NCBI GenBank assembly: GCA_977018835.1 | Contig: OZ361261.1 | Span: 310,001 to 374,000 of the forward strand | Length of the DNA stretch: 64,000 nt | From: Minutocellus sp. GHC0000111 | Taxonomy: Eukaryota | Reading direction: 5' to 3' | Shown here: in pieces, positions 1 to 10,282 of the stretch | How the letters are laid out: the number at the start of each line of letters is the position of its first letter | Position numbering within the stretch: the first letter of the stretch is position 1 | Position numbers and translations under genes: made by a program | The notes under the pieces: generated by a model | What the model was told of the DNA's origin: nothing | Databases searched by the model: none | What the model saw: only the letters and a program-made list of their open reading frames with translations

Positions 1-1227
1 GGCGATTTGGGAGTCAATGGTATGGGCATCCCCATTGGTAAGCTGGCCCTCTACTCTGCCTGTGCTGGCATTCATCCCGCCCGCTGTCTTCCCGTTCACA
101 TCGATGTCGGTACCAACAACAAGGCAAATCTCGACGATCCGTACTATCTTGGTCTGCGCCAGAACAGAGAACGAGGGCCAAAGTATGATGCTCTGATTGC
201 AGAATTTTTCGAGGCCGCTCAAGACAAGTTTGGCGAAAATGTTTTGATTCAATTCGAAGACTTCGGAAATACCACAGCCTTTCGGCTCCTTGAACAGTGG
301 CAGGACAAAGCTTGCACTTTCAATGACGATGTCCAAGGCACGGCATCGGTAGCATTAGCTGGACTTTTGTCGTCGAAACGAATTACTGGCAAGTCATTGT
401 CTGACCATACATATCTGTTTAATGGAGCAGGCGAGGCTGGAACTGGAATTGCCAGTCTTATTGCCTACGCTATATCAATTGAGAGCGGTTGTTCTCTTGA
501 AGAAGCGAGAGAAAGTATCTTCTTGGTTGATTCCAAGGGATTGGTGACCAAGAATCGTGGGGATTTCGAGAGCCTTCCGCATCACAAAATTCCTTTCGCG
601 CACGATGTGCCTTTGACCTGCCCTAATCTCGCATGCGCCGTGAGCAATGTGAAACCATCTGTCCTCATCGGTGTGTCCGCCCAACCCAAGACCTTTACCC
701 GTGACATTTGCTCGAGCATGGCTACATTCAATGACCGCCCCATCATTTGCGCTCTGAGCAACCCCACCTCGAAAGCCGAGTGCACTGCCGAAGAAGCGTA
801 TGCTTGGACCGACGGCAAGGCAATCTTTTCATCCGGCAGTCCCTTTGCCCCGGTGACTCTTGAAGATGGCCGTACATTTGTTCCCGGCCAGGGCAACAAT
901 GCTTATATTTTCCCAGGAGTTGGACTCGGTGCTCTTGCCTCCGGCGCCAAGAAACTGACCGACCACGACATGTATGTAGCTGCCAATGCTCTCGCGGAAC
1001 AGGTGACTGATGCCGAGTTGGAGTCAGGATCACTGTACCCATCGTTGGATCGCATTCGGGATATCAGTGCGTATGTTGCAGTTGCAGTTGCTGAAAATGC
1101 ATATGAAACTAACGTGGCTACGAAGCCCAGGCCGGAGAATTTGTTGAAGCATGTTCAGGGAATCATGTACGATCCATTTGATGAGTCCAAATCGAAGGTG
1201 ACAAAGGTGGATTCCTTTGCTCAGTAG
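1..1227 (+). CDS. NAD(P)-dependent malic enzyme, C-terminal part (5' end outside window)
   Basis: Motifs GDLGxxGMGIPIGKLALY, LIQFEDF, FNDDVQGTASV, GAGEAGTGIA, LSNPTSKAEC and PGQGNNAYIFPG. Confidence 0.95.
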   Translation, partial: GDLGVNGMGIPIGKLALYSACAGIHPARCLPVHIDVGTNNKANLDDPYYLGLRQNRERGPKYDALIAEFFEAAQDKFGENVLIQFEDFGNTTAFRLLEQWQDKACTFNDDVQGTASVALAGLLSSKRITGKSLSDHTYLFNGAGEAGTGIASLIAYAISIESGCSLEEARESIFLVDSKGLVTKNRGDFESLPHHKIPFAHDVPLTCPNLACAVSNVKPSVLIGVSAQPKTFTRDICSSMATFNDRPIICALSNPTSKAECTAEEAYAWTDGKAIFSSGSPFAPVTLEDGRTFVPGQGNNAYIFPGVGLGALASGAKKLTDHDMYVAANALAEQVTDAELESGSLYPSLDRIRDISAYVAVAVAENAYETNVATKPRPENLLKHVQGIMYDPFDESKSKVTKVDSFAQ

Positions 1228-1667
1228 GAATCCCAGATCAAGATACATAGAACTGCATAGGAACCCATTGCAATATATTTCCTACTAGCTAGGGATATCC
1301 TCCTGTGTGAATTGTAGAAAATCGAATGTGTTCCGATTTGTACTGGGACGAGAGAGAGGAGATCCCCGCTGGTATCCCAGCCAGCCATGGCAACTGCCGA
1401 CCAGATGGGCCCGGGTGCCCTCTAAGACAGACAGTCGTCACCGCTTGGAGGGTGGGCGCGGCCCATCTAGGCCTACGTAGCAATAAGAGGGTGTGAGTTT
1501 TTTTTGTTCCAATAAACTAGGTCGACGAAGAAACGCATGTTCCACGCTTATTTCCGTCGATTTTGGCGCTGCTTGCTCTCTCTCGTGTTACATCGTAGAA
1601 ACATCTGCAAAACACAGGCGATGCCAACTTGAACGGCTGTGGCAGGCAGATCGTGTTTCAGATTTTA

Positions 1668-1749
1668 GAAAGCAAGCCAGCATTCGGAACAAAGATCTCA
1701 CAAGTGAAGTGAAAGCAAGCCAGCATTCGGAACAAAGATCTCACAAGTG
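1668..1749. repeat. Direct duplication of a 39-bp unit (period 43 bp)
   Basis: gaaagcaagccagcattcggaacaaagatctcacaagtg occurs at 1668-1706 and 1711-1749. Confidence 0.9.
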
Positions 1750-1837
1750 GAAGCAGGTACTCCCCGTCGTGGGGAAAGTTTGGATTTGACTTTTTGTATT
1801 TTTAAAGGGAGTGCTTCAGATTCAATGAGTCACGCGC

Positions 1838-2860
1838 CAGCATGTCAAATCGGCCTCTCATCAAATCCGCAGCATGTCAAAACAACCAGCACATCAAGCC
1901 GCAGCAGCAATCAAACCGCAGCGGCACATCAAACCATACTCACCACCCGCAGCATGTCAAAACGTTCAGCGTATCGAACCGCAGCAAATCAATTCTACCC
2001 GCACATCATCAAATGTCAAGAAATCGACCAGCACATCAAAACGAACGCCAAGCACAGACTAGCAGTTTGATCACTGCCGCGCTGCCGCTGCTTCTACGAT
2101 TTGATGTGCTGCACTTGCAGTGTGATGTGCTGAACGTCTTGACATGCTGCGGGTGGTCTGATGTGCTGCCGCGGCTGATGAGGTTTGATGTGCTGCTGTC
2201 GGTTTGATTAGTGCTGCGGGCGGCTTGACATGCTGGAGGTTTTGACATGCTGCCGCGGTTGATGAGGTTTGATGTGCTGCCGCTGCCGCTGCTGCCGGTT
2301 TGATCAGCTGCCGCTGTTGTGCTGAACGTTTTAATGTGCTGCGGGTGGTGAGGTTAGATTTCTGCTGCGGTGGATGAGGTTTGATTTGCTGCGGGTGGTC
2401 TGATGTGCTGCCGCGGCTGATGAGAGGTTTGATGTGCTGCTGGCGGTTTGATTAGTGCTGCGGCTTGACACGCTGGACGTTTTGACACATGCTGCCGCGG
2501 TTGATGAGGTTTGATGTGCTGCCGCTGCCGCTGTGGCATGATTGCTGCTGCGGCTTGACATGCTGGACGTTTTTAGACATGCTGGTCTACGTTGTTGATG
2601 TGCTGCTGGCGGTTTGATCATCAGCTAGCTAGCTGCTGCTGCCGCTATGGATGAGGTTTGATGTGCTGCGGCTTGATGTGCTGGACGTTTTGACATGCTG
2701 CCGCGGTTGATGAGGTTTGATGTGCTGCCGCTGCCGCTGCCGCTGTGGTTTGATTAATGCTGCGGCTTGACATGCTGGACGCTTTTTTACAGACATGCTG
2801 GTCCAACAACCAGCACGTCAAACGGCCAACCAACCAGCACATCAAAACGCCCAGCGCATC
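1838..2860. repeat. Complex array of the short motif CAGCAYRTCAAA with orientation switches and a ~200-240 bp higher-order repeat
   Basis: Motif is on + at ~1838-2045, on - at ~2065-2800 (tttgatgtgctgc / ttgacatgctg) and on + again at ~2810-2860. The block acatgctgccgcggttgatgaggtttgatgtgctgccgctgccgctg recurs near 2245, 2487 and 2694. Confidence 0.9.
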
Positions 2861-3489
2861 GCTTCCATTCCACAACCAAAGTGCTCCCCGCGTATAAAGA
2901 CACGCGAACATAGCAGCACGAAGTGCCGTAGTGCCACACAGTGTTGAAACTGCCTTCTAAAACCACTACACATGTGTAGATCTCTACACATGTGTTAAAA
3001 ACACACCCGTTACTTAGACTTTAAGAGGGCGCTGTCCATAACTTTTAGGAAACCCCCAAAATGCGTGTTTTGTGCAGTTTTTTCTTCGCACCATCGCCAA
3101 AGTTAGCACTCCAACGTGACAATGGGCTCCTCATCGAAGGCCGCCGCTCTCCACAGTGGCGAAGAGTCATCGACGTTCCTTTCAGCATTAAGTCGGAAAT
3201 CCCTCCAGGAACACTTGTTTCAGAGGAACTTCGATGAATCAACTCTCCCTCAGAAACATAACAGTCGACGTGCACGTCATCGTCGGATCGACCGAAATTA
3301 GTCTCGGCCGACGCATAACCAGCATTGGTGGTGCTGGTGGGAAGATATCTTGAAGTTTTGCTGTTGGGAGGTAAGGGGATATTTGTTTGGGGTATTTTTG
3401 CACGTCTCCCTCATTTGGGGTTCTTTTTGTAAGGTTCTCATCGAAAAGCGCATCTTGCGCCAGAACCGACACAAAACAAAAAAACAACC

Positions 3490-5803
3490 ATGGAAACATC
3501 ACGTGCTAACGCCAAGGAGGCAATCCTCTCACTCTTGCTCTCATTCCCAGACGACGTCAGATGTACTTACTACACTATTGATGAGCTTGTCCGTATCTTG
3601 ATGCGCGGTGGCGTGTCGCCGAGCTTAGAGATCTCTCTTGTTCGATCATCTCTTCAACACGTCCCAACACGACACGAGGTCAATGTCCAACGACGACGTC
3701 CAGAGAAAACATCAGGCCTTGACGTTGCAAAGCCCTTCTACCGCTTCTCCAGAACAGCCGATAACGCCAGCCCACGCTCTCAACGCAATGGCAAGCGATC
3801 ACTGCCGACCATACCTGAAAATTACTTCCAGGACGATGAAAAGCATGGGCCCCATCTCAACTCGATGCTGAAACATCATTCCGACAAGAATTCTTCGGTC
3901 GGTCGGTCATCTACTCCCACCGCCAACGCTACCGATCGTCCCAACATCACCGGCGTGCAGCTCAACGGCAAAAGAATTGTGGTTGAGATGAAGCAGCTGT
4001 GTGATTTCGTACAGAATCTCCACCGATCGTGCGGCAATCTGTATCTCTCGGCCGAGCCAGTTCGGCGTGGATTCGGCGTTGCATTTGAATGGCGATGCGA
4101 TAGATGCAACCAACCTTTTTCTTTTTGCACTTGGATCGGCCAGAGGTCAGAAGTTGTGTGCCCCGGCAGAAAGCATTCTAGAAGTCAGGCTGGAATGAAC
4201 TTGGAGCTGATGGAGGCAGCGGAAGATGAGGCCATGCACGCAAGTCGCTTCATGAATTTCTGCACGAAGGCCGACATCGTCCATCCGACCGAAAAGAATG
4301 CCCGACAGGTGGAAAAGAATTGCAGAGCAGTGGCTATTGAAGCAGCTGATGAAATCATTGACGAGAATAGGGCAAAAGCATATGCCGCTAGCAGCAAGAC
4401 TGTTGAGTTTGAACAAGGCGGCGAGATGCACACGGCGGCGGTGGTTACGGTGGCCCAAGACGGCAGCGCCCTCAAACGCGACTACGGCCATTGCTACACT
4501 GGCTCTGCTGCAGCGGTATTTGCCGTAGACAAGGAAACTGGCCTTGTTGTTGACAAGGGAATCTCTCAGGCAAGCTGCCACTATTGCGTGAGAGCCTGCA
4601 ATGCAAGATTGAGGGAGAGGCGGGAAGCCGGCAATCCAATAACGCCGAGTGAGCTCAAAAACATGAGCAAGGATGAGACACTGGCCCTGTACGACCATGA
4701 TGGCTTCTGCTATCGCAACTCTTCCTACTCCCCCGGTGTGGCAGAGGAGCATCTGGCCGAGAATGTCGGGAGTTGAAAATTTTAATGCCATCCCCCGACC
4801 ACGCATCAATCGGACGAAACAGGACATTTCGAAGATTACTGATCGGTACAAGCACAGCGTTCTCGATCAGCCTGATGGTGCTGTGTCCGAGGAGGAAAAA
4901 CAAAGTCATCTGGCCCTCCTTCAGAAAGAACTCCAGTCCGTCGTTCGTCACCAATGTGGCATTCACACTTTTTGCACCACCAACACGTGTGATTGGATTC
5001 GCCTCAGCATTGCTCATCCTGATTGGAGTGATGGCAAGCTCGATGAGGAATGGAGCTCGGGGAATCAATTCGATGGCGACATATTGGAGATTAGTGACGA
5101 CACGATTCGCAAGATGACGCTTGAAATAACCAAGAGAATCAACAAGAATACTGCCGACTCCAACTGCAAGAAGGAATCTACCACCGGCGTCGAACAGCTC
5201 AACGGGATGGTGACGAAGTTCACGATGGGGAAAAGGCCGAATTTGACTGCTTCAGACGCCTACCCAAATGCAACAAGTAGAGCCGCTGGCCACAAGTCAC
5301 TGGGTACGGAATTCAATGAGCGAGTTCTTGGAAAGTTGGGATCGAGGGATTCTCCTACCCGAAAAGATGGATTCGATGCAATTGACCGGAAGCTCGAGGG
5401 CGACCTTGCGCGTAAGCGCACCGATGAGTACAAAAAGAGCAAGAGCGACAGCAAGCGCCTTCGAGCAGCCTTGCGAAACAGAAGCGAGAAAGATGACAAG
5501 GACTATGTGTACAAGAAGAACAGGGCCCTAGCTGCTGGTAAGGCAAAACCAGCAAAGCCTGGCCGCAAGAAGAAGATTGACCAGCAGTGTCAGAAATGCA
5601 AGCAGCTTGGCCACACTCGGGCTGAATGTCAATGCGACGATGCTGACGACGTTGTCGTTTACGCCGGAAAGAAGCGCAGAAGCCCAGGCAGCAACAAGAA
5701 ATCTGCAAGAAATAATAAGAAAGCTAAGACAAACTTCGGTGTATCGGCAAATGATGTTAGCTCTTGGATGCCGGCGATACTGAGAGAAAATGGCAGCTTG
5801 TAA
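3490..5803 (+). pseudogene. Kolobok/'Mutator-like' DDE transposase with internal deletion and frameshift at ~4770
   Basis: ORF 3490-4776 has CDRC, VTVAQDGSALKRDYGH (first catalytic D), TGLVVD..SCHYC and HDGFCYRNSSYSPGVAEE. The +1 frame (to 5803) has HQCGIHTFC..CDW, TTGVEQLNG (catalytic E region) and the zinc knuckle CQKCKQLGHTRAEC. The expected DGD/CxxH segment is missing. Confidence 0.8.
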
Positions 5804-5907
5804 ACACGTGTAAAATATTTTATCACTGTAAATAAAAATGGATTTATTGTGTGCTGTTACTCACGTGCTACGCACATTCTTGTTATCTACATGTGTTGAG
5901 GTAATGA

Positions 5908-7137
5908 TTATGCATTTTCCTCTTCTTCTTCCTCTCCATCTTGATGACCAGGGATGAATCCAACATATCGTTCACCTTTACCATTTGGATAAATGAACCT
6001 AATGCAAAAGACTAGACAGGTTGGCAAGGGCTTCCGATCAAGCCAACCTCTCACATGATACACCTCAGTTGCATAGTACCAATACAGCATGTTCCTCTTC
6101 AAATAATTTGCCATGGCTTCGACTGGCATGGTGGTTGCGTAGTATTTGTCAGCGATATCCTCCAGGTCCTCCTCCGTCGGCACCAGCATTTCTTCGCAGA
6201 CGCATTTCTGAAAGAAGAGTGTGCCGTACATTGAGCAGCTTCGGTTGGCGGCAGTGCAGCAAGCAGGGGGTATTGGCGGCCTCTCTCTGGTCTCGTCCCA
6301 ATTACCGAATGTGTCTGCCTCCGGCGCTGCCGTCGGATCATCGTCGGCTTCCTCACAAACGGCCGCAACAAGAGCATCCGTGTCCGATCTGATCGCTGCT
6401 GATGGCCCACCATCTACCTGCAGAAGTTGGCCCATTCCAACAATATCAAAATCAACTAGTCCAATCCCAGCAGTAGAGTGTATGTCATCATATGGAGCCA
6501 CATGCCATCGGTGGAACTTTGTCAATTTGATCACATGGCCCTGTTGTAGACTTCGGGCCTTTTCGGTAATTGTCAGGGCAACACGAGCGACGATAAGCTT
6601 TCCGCTTCCATCAAGCAAAGTAAGCGATGTGGTGTTGAAAGGTCGGCCGTGCGCAGCAAGAGCCGATCCAATATCGATCCGTTTCCCATGAAGTTGAAAT
6701 ATAGGGAAGAATTCAGGTCCGGCGTCAAACATGGGATCTTGCAATTGATCGACGATGCCGACCGTCAGCCTCAACTTCACATCAGCCACGGACAGGTTGG
6801 TAACTACGAGGCCGGGCCGCTCAGCAGCGACATCAATATCATCCCGAACATGATACTTATCAGCGCGATCCTCGACTGCTTTGACAAGATGTTGAAGTGC
6901 ATGGCCGACGCCGGGATTGTTCCATAATTCTCGTCCTTGTCCGTTCGGGTCGTTCTCCAACGTGACGGCGAGGCCCTCCAGTATCTCGGTAACGGCGTCT
7001 TTCGCTTTGTCCTCCGCCTTCTCTTTCTTCTTGTCAACAGGCAAAATCGGGCGACCGGAGTTATCTGTCTTGAGTTTCCGCAACCACGTATCTGCGTTGT
7101 GGGCCGGGCCGGCGCTATTATCAGCGCTGCGCTTCAT
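5908..7137 (-). CDS. KolX-like accessory protein (P2X7 ballast-like C-terminus) with putative RPA70N-like OB fold
   Basis: C-terminal KRNMLYWYYA..RGWLDRKPLPTCLVFCIRFIYPNGKGERYVGF matches the KolX/P2X7 C-terminal pattern (R..LP.C....IR..yP....Y.GF), preceded by a Cys cluster. Intact 409-aa ORF inside the TIRs. Confidence 0.8.
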   Translation of the reverse strand: MKRSADNSAGPAHNADTWLRKLKTDNSGRPILPVDKKKEKAEDKAKDAVTEILEGLAVTLENDPNGQGRELWNNPGVGHALQHLVKAVEDRADKYHVRDDIDVAAERPGLVVTNLSVADVKLRLTVGIVDQLQDPMFDAGPEFFPIFQLHGKRIDIGSALAAHGRPFNTTSLTLLDGSGKLIVARVALTITEKARSLQQGHVIKLTKFHRWHVAPYDDIHSTAGIGLVDFDIVGMGQLLQVDGGPSAAIRSDTDALVAAVCEEADDDPTAAPEADTFGNWDETRERPPIPPACCTAANRSCSMYGTLFFQKCVCEEMLVPTEEDLEDIADKYYATTMPVEAMANYLKRNMLYWYYATEVYHVRGWLDRKPLPTCLVFCIRFIYPNGKGERYVGFIPGHQDGEEEEEENA

Positions 7138-7615
7138 CGTAATGAAGAGGGGGCAGAGCGGCGATTCTCATGGTGGGGTCGAGGTTTTGTCATGCTTCGC
7201 TCGTCATAAGAAATAAGAATAAGGGGGATTAAAAACGGGGAAAATTATGGACAGCGCCCTCTTAATAACAACATGCTTCTGGTCGCATTCAACTCATCGG
7301 GGCACCCGGGCCATCTGCTGTAGCGCAACTATCCACACGAATCTGACTACGTGCCGGAACAAAGGAAATCTCTAGCAAACTGTCTCTATGCGCGCAGATG
7401 GGTACCCCCTCCCTGAGCTTGCGTTAGCCACTAGAACATCACCGCATCAGCACTAAACACGCATTGAACGCGTGCTCAGGCTTTAATCATTACCAATGAC
7501 CCTCAAATCAAATTGCGGCCCGTCTGACCTGGCACGCAACCATGATGCACCGGCACCATGGGCTCATTCGCCGACCGCCACCTTTCACCCATTCCACGCC
7601 AACACGTAGCACACC

Positions 7616-8676
7616 ATGCGCCTCAATCGCTTGGCAGTATCCTCCATCGGCGTGTTCCTCGCGAGGGGTGCGTCTGCTTTCACTTGCACACCCAGCGCCG
7701 TCCGTTGTGTCGGCACCGCCGGCATCACCTCACCCTCATACGCAAGATGCTCCTCCTCCTCACGAGCCATGTCTGCCGAAAGCGGCGAAGCCACGTTGCC
7801 AACAATCGAACAAGCCGCAAAGGACCCATTCATGAGCCAACTTTCCCACGCAGGTGAAATATGTGCTCTATTGGAAAAGGAAGGGGACGCCGAGGCCATC
7901 ACTCTGGCATCCGATCTACTTTGTGCGCAGCTATCGCATTCCGACGGCATCAGAGGATTCTTTGCTACTTATCTTACCAGCGAGGGTGCCGCTGATAAAG
8001 AGGAGATACCCAAGCCGTTGGTGGAGGCAATGGACAAGGCGAATATGGAGGTTTTAGTGCCTCTGGCGTGCGTAAGTTCGTGATTGTTGAGATGAGCAAA
8101 TTTTATTGACGAAAATATCATTTGGTTACTTTCGGAACTGAACAAGTTATCTCAACATTTATTTTGTACTCCTGAAATGCAGATGAATGTCGTTATGCCA
8201 ACAGCCATGACGTCAATGCATACGGATCCTGAATTGTCCAATAACGCAGCTCAGACAGCACATAGAGGTATTCGGGTGTTAAAGTATTTGCAAGATAAAG
8301 ATGACAGCGTCAAGACGAATTGTGATGCCATCCGAGCTGTAGCTACTGGCAATGGTGCCGATAGCTGTGCTGAGGAGAGAGTTGAGGTGAGTAAAGAAAT
8401 GGAGGACGATTTTCATGCATGTTGAGTTTGGTCGAGTGGAGCATGAAGAGAATGGAGTGTGCTTGTTTGTTTGGCTATTCTGTGATTTGATGTGGCATGC
8501 ACTGCATGGGGGCACAGTACTGTGTACTATAGTAGCGCTCACTTTCGCTTTTTCGATGCATCTCTGCCTCTCAATGTGCACTCTGCCGACAGTATTGGGC
8601 GAAATTCTTTGAGAACTATGGCTATGGGGACAGAGAAAAGGAAGGCATTGCAGAGGCAATGCAAGAGTTTGATTAA
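7616..8676 (+). CDS. Conserved hypothetical plastid-targeted protein, 3 exons (7616-8071, 8183-8386, 8593-8676)
   Basis: Signal peptide ending GASAF. GT-AG introns restore ..LAC|MNVVMPTAM.. and ..VE|YWAKFFENYGY. Contains SDGIRGFFATYLT. Confidence 0.7.
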
Positions 8677-8893
8677 AAGTGGTTGCCTTTTGTCTCATGA
8701 CGAGTCGAGTACATGTACACCGGTAGATCTCTAGCTACATGTAGATCTCCTTGTAGGACTACGGGCGGGCGGGCGCTCTAAAAGGGGGCAACGTGAAGAA
8801 TAAGTGGGCTTAGACGTTGTGTATAATCGGACAGGCAATTGTGTCATCCTCGGTGCGGGTCCGTGGTCCTCATTGCCTCGCACATTCAAAATA

Positions 8894-8947
8894 TGTGCGG
8901 CGTGGCCGGTTAATTGTGCGGCGTGGCCGGTTTATTGTGCGGCGTGA
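8894..8947. repeat. 21-bp tandem repeat, ~2.6 copies
   Basis: tgtgcggcgtggccggtt(a/t)at repeated. Confidence 0.8.
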
Positions 8948-9478
8948 CTTAGCTAGATCTACATGGGCATTTGGCAGTGGCGGATCGGGGTTTTGTTTTG
9001 CTTGCTACGTACTAGACTCTACGTAGCTACGTAGTATTCTTTGTACCGGTAGCACCGGCAGTCTTCCGGCGATTTGCCATTGCCGCATCCAAAAATGATG
9101 AACAAGAACTGAGATCATGAAGGCTGATTGCCAGACCGTGTACCCGGTATTCTTACTCACAAAACAAGCCTCCATGTAAAACAAGCCTACTAGCTAAAAA
9201 CTAGGCCTACCTAACAAAACGTAAGAGATTTTGGAAAAGGTTGCTATTCTGTATACATAATAGAAACCGCTAATAGGAATTCATCCCGATAATAGGAATT
9301 CATCCCGGTTCTGACAGACGCTACAGCCCCCAAGACAGACGGGACATTTTCATGACGCACAGAAATGACTGATTGCCGCGAACGTACTTGAGCATGATCA
9401 CACTCCGCCTGAGGCCACGTTTCCCAATTCCTCCAGCCAGCCATTTTTCCAGGAAAACTGTTACGCCAACCAAAGAGG

Positions 9479-10282
9479 ATGCAGCGAAGTTCTAATGCTC
9501 GTGGCGCCATTGGCGGGATGGCAAATAGCAGTCCCGCCATGACTCACTCGTCGGTCTGCGTTTCGTCGTCGAAAATTGACACCTCGCGCACCGGCAGGTC
9601 ATTGAACACGTTCGCCGATCTCCCACTGGCACGCACAAAAAGTGTATCGACAGGTTGTCAGCAAGCCGACTGTGATATGAAGAAGAAGGCATCAGTGCCG
9701 ACCTACTACAAACAACCTCATACCTCAACAGTGTCTCCACCGCAGCAGCAGCCGTCTTCGGTATCATCAGCATCTCCAAATCTCGCATCGGGAGAGAAAC
9801 GTCGAGTCCGCTTCGACCCGAACGTCATAGGCCGAGTCTTTGACACGACTCTACACGATCTACTCAACTCGTGGCATACACCAGACGCGTTTCGTAGCCT
9901 GCAAGATGTAACCAAGGCCGAAGCCAAAATACTTCGCTACCTCCTCAAGAAGAGTTCAAGATAACCTTTAAGTCATGAAGAGGCAGCAGCCCTGGATGCT
10001 ACGTCGATCCGAGGTATTGAGCAGTTCGTCTCTCGCCGGTCGTTCGTCGAACGGGGACAAAAACAACGCACCGTCATTGAAGGCGTTCTGGCAGAACAGC
10101 AACGCCATCGACACATGACATCAACAAGACCTTCACCCTCGACAACAGACGTACGGATAGCAGCGCTTTCCGATTACTTAGCCTTGTTATCTGCCACCTT
10201 CTCCTACGACGCACAGCGCCGCGCTCTGGAGCAGGGACAAATTGATGCTATAGAGGCAGCTCATTGCCACATGTCTGGTTAG
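9479..10282 (+). pseudogene. Diatom-type hypothetical protein (VRF...RGIE...VLxEQ family) with in-frame TAA at 9962-9964
   Basis: The frame continues past the stop as PLSHEE..IRGIEQF..VLAEQQRH..ALEQGQIDA to TAG at 10280-10282. Confidence 0.6.

Larger units (their letters stand above)
3025..7261. mobile_element. Kolobok-type DNA transposon, probably non-autonomous
   Basis: Perfect 17-bp TIRs: gagggcgctgtccataa (3025-3041) and ttatggacagcgccctc (7245-7261). TTAA flanks both sides (3021-3024, 7262-7265). Termini are 5'-GA...TC-3' (RR...YY). Two convergent genes: transposase and KolX-like. Confidence 0.88.

Noticed and set aside
1838..2860. Array as CRISPR, or the overlapping short ORFs as genes
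   Set aside because: The motif is only ~12 bp and degenerate, the linkers are themselves repetitive, no cas genes are present and the context is eukaryotic. The ORFs are translations of the repeat.
1484..3012. Possible TIR pair gggtgtgagtttt (~1489) / aaaacacaccc (~3000), and a Kolobok-like start ttaaagggagtgc at 1802
   Set aside because: Matches are too short or imperfect, with no TSD or partner end found.
3021..7265. piggyBac or MULE assignment
   Set aside because: Termini are GA..TC rather than CC..GG, the TSD is 4-bp TTAA rather than 9-11 bp, and a convergent KolX-like gene is present.
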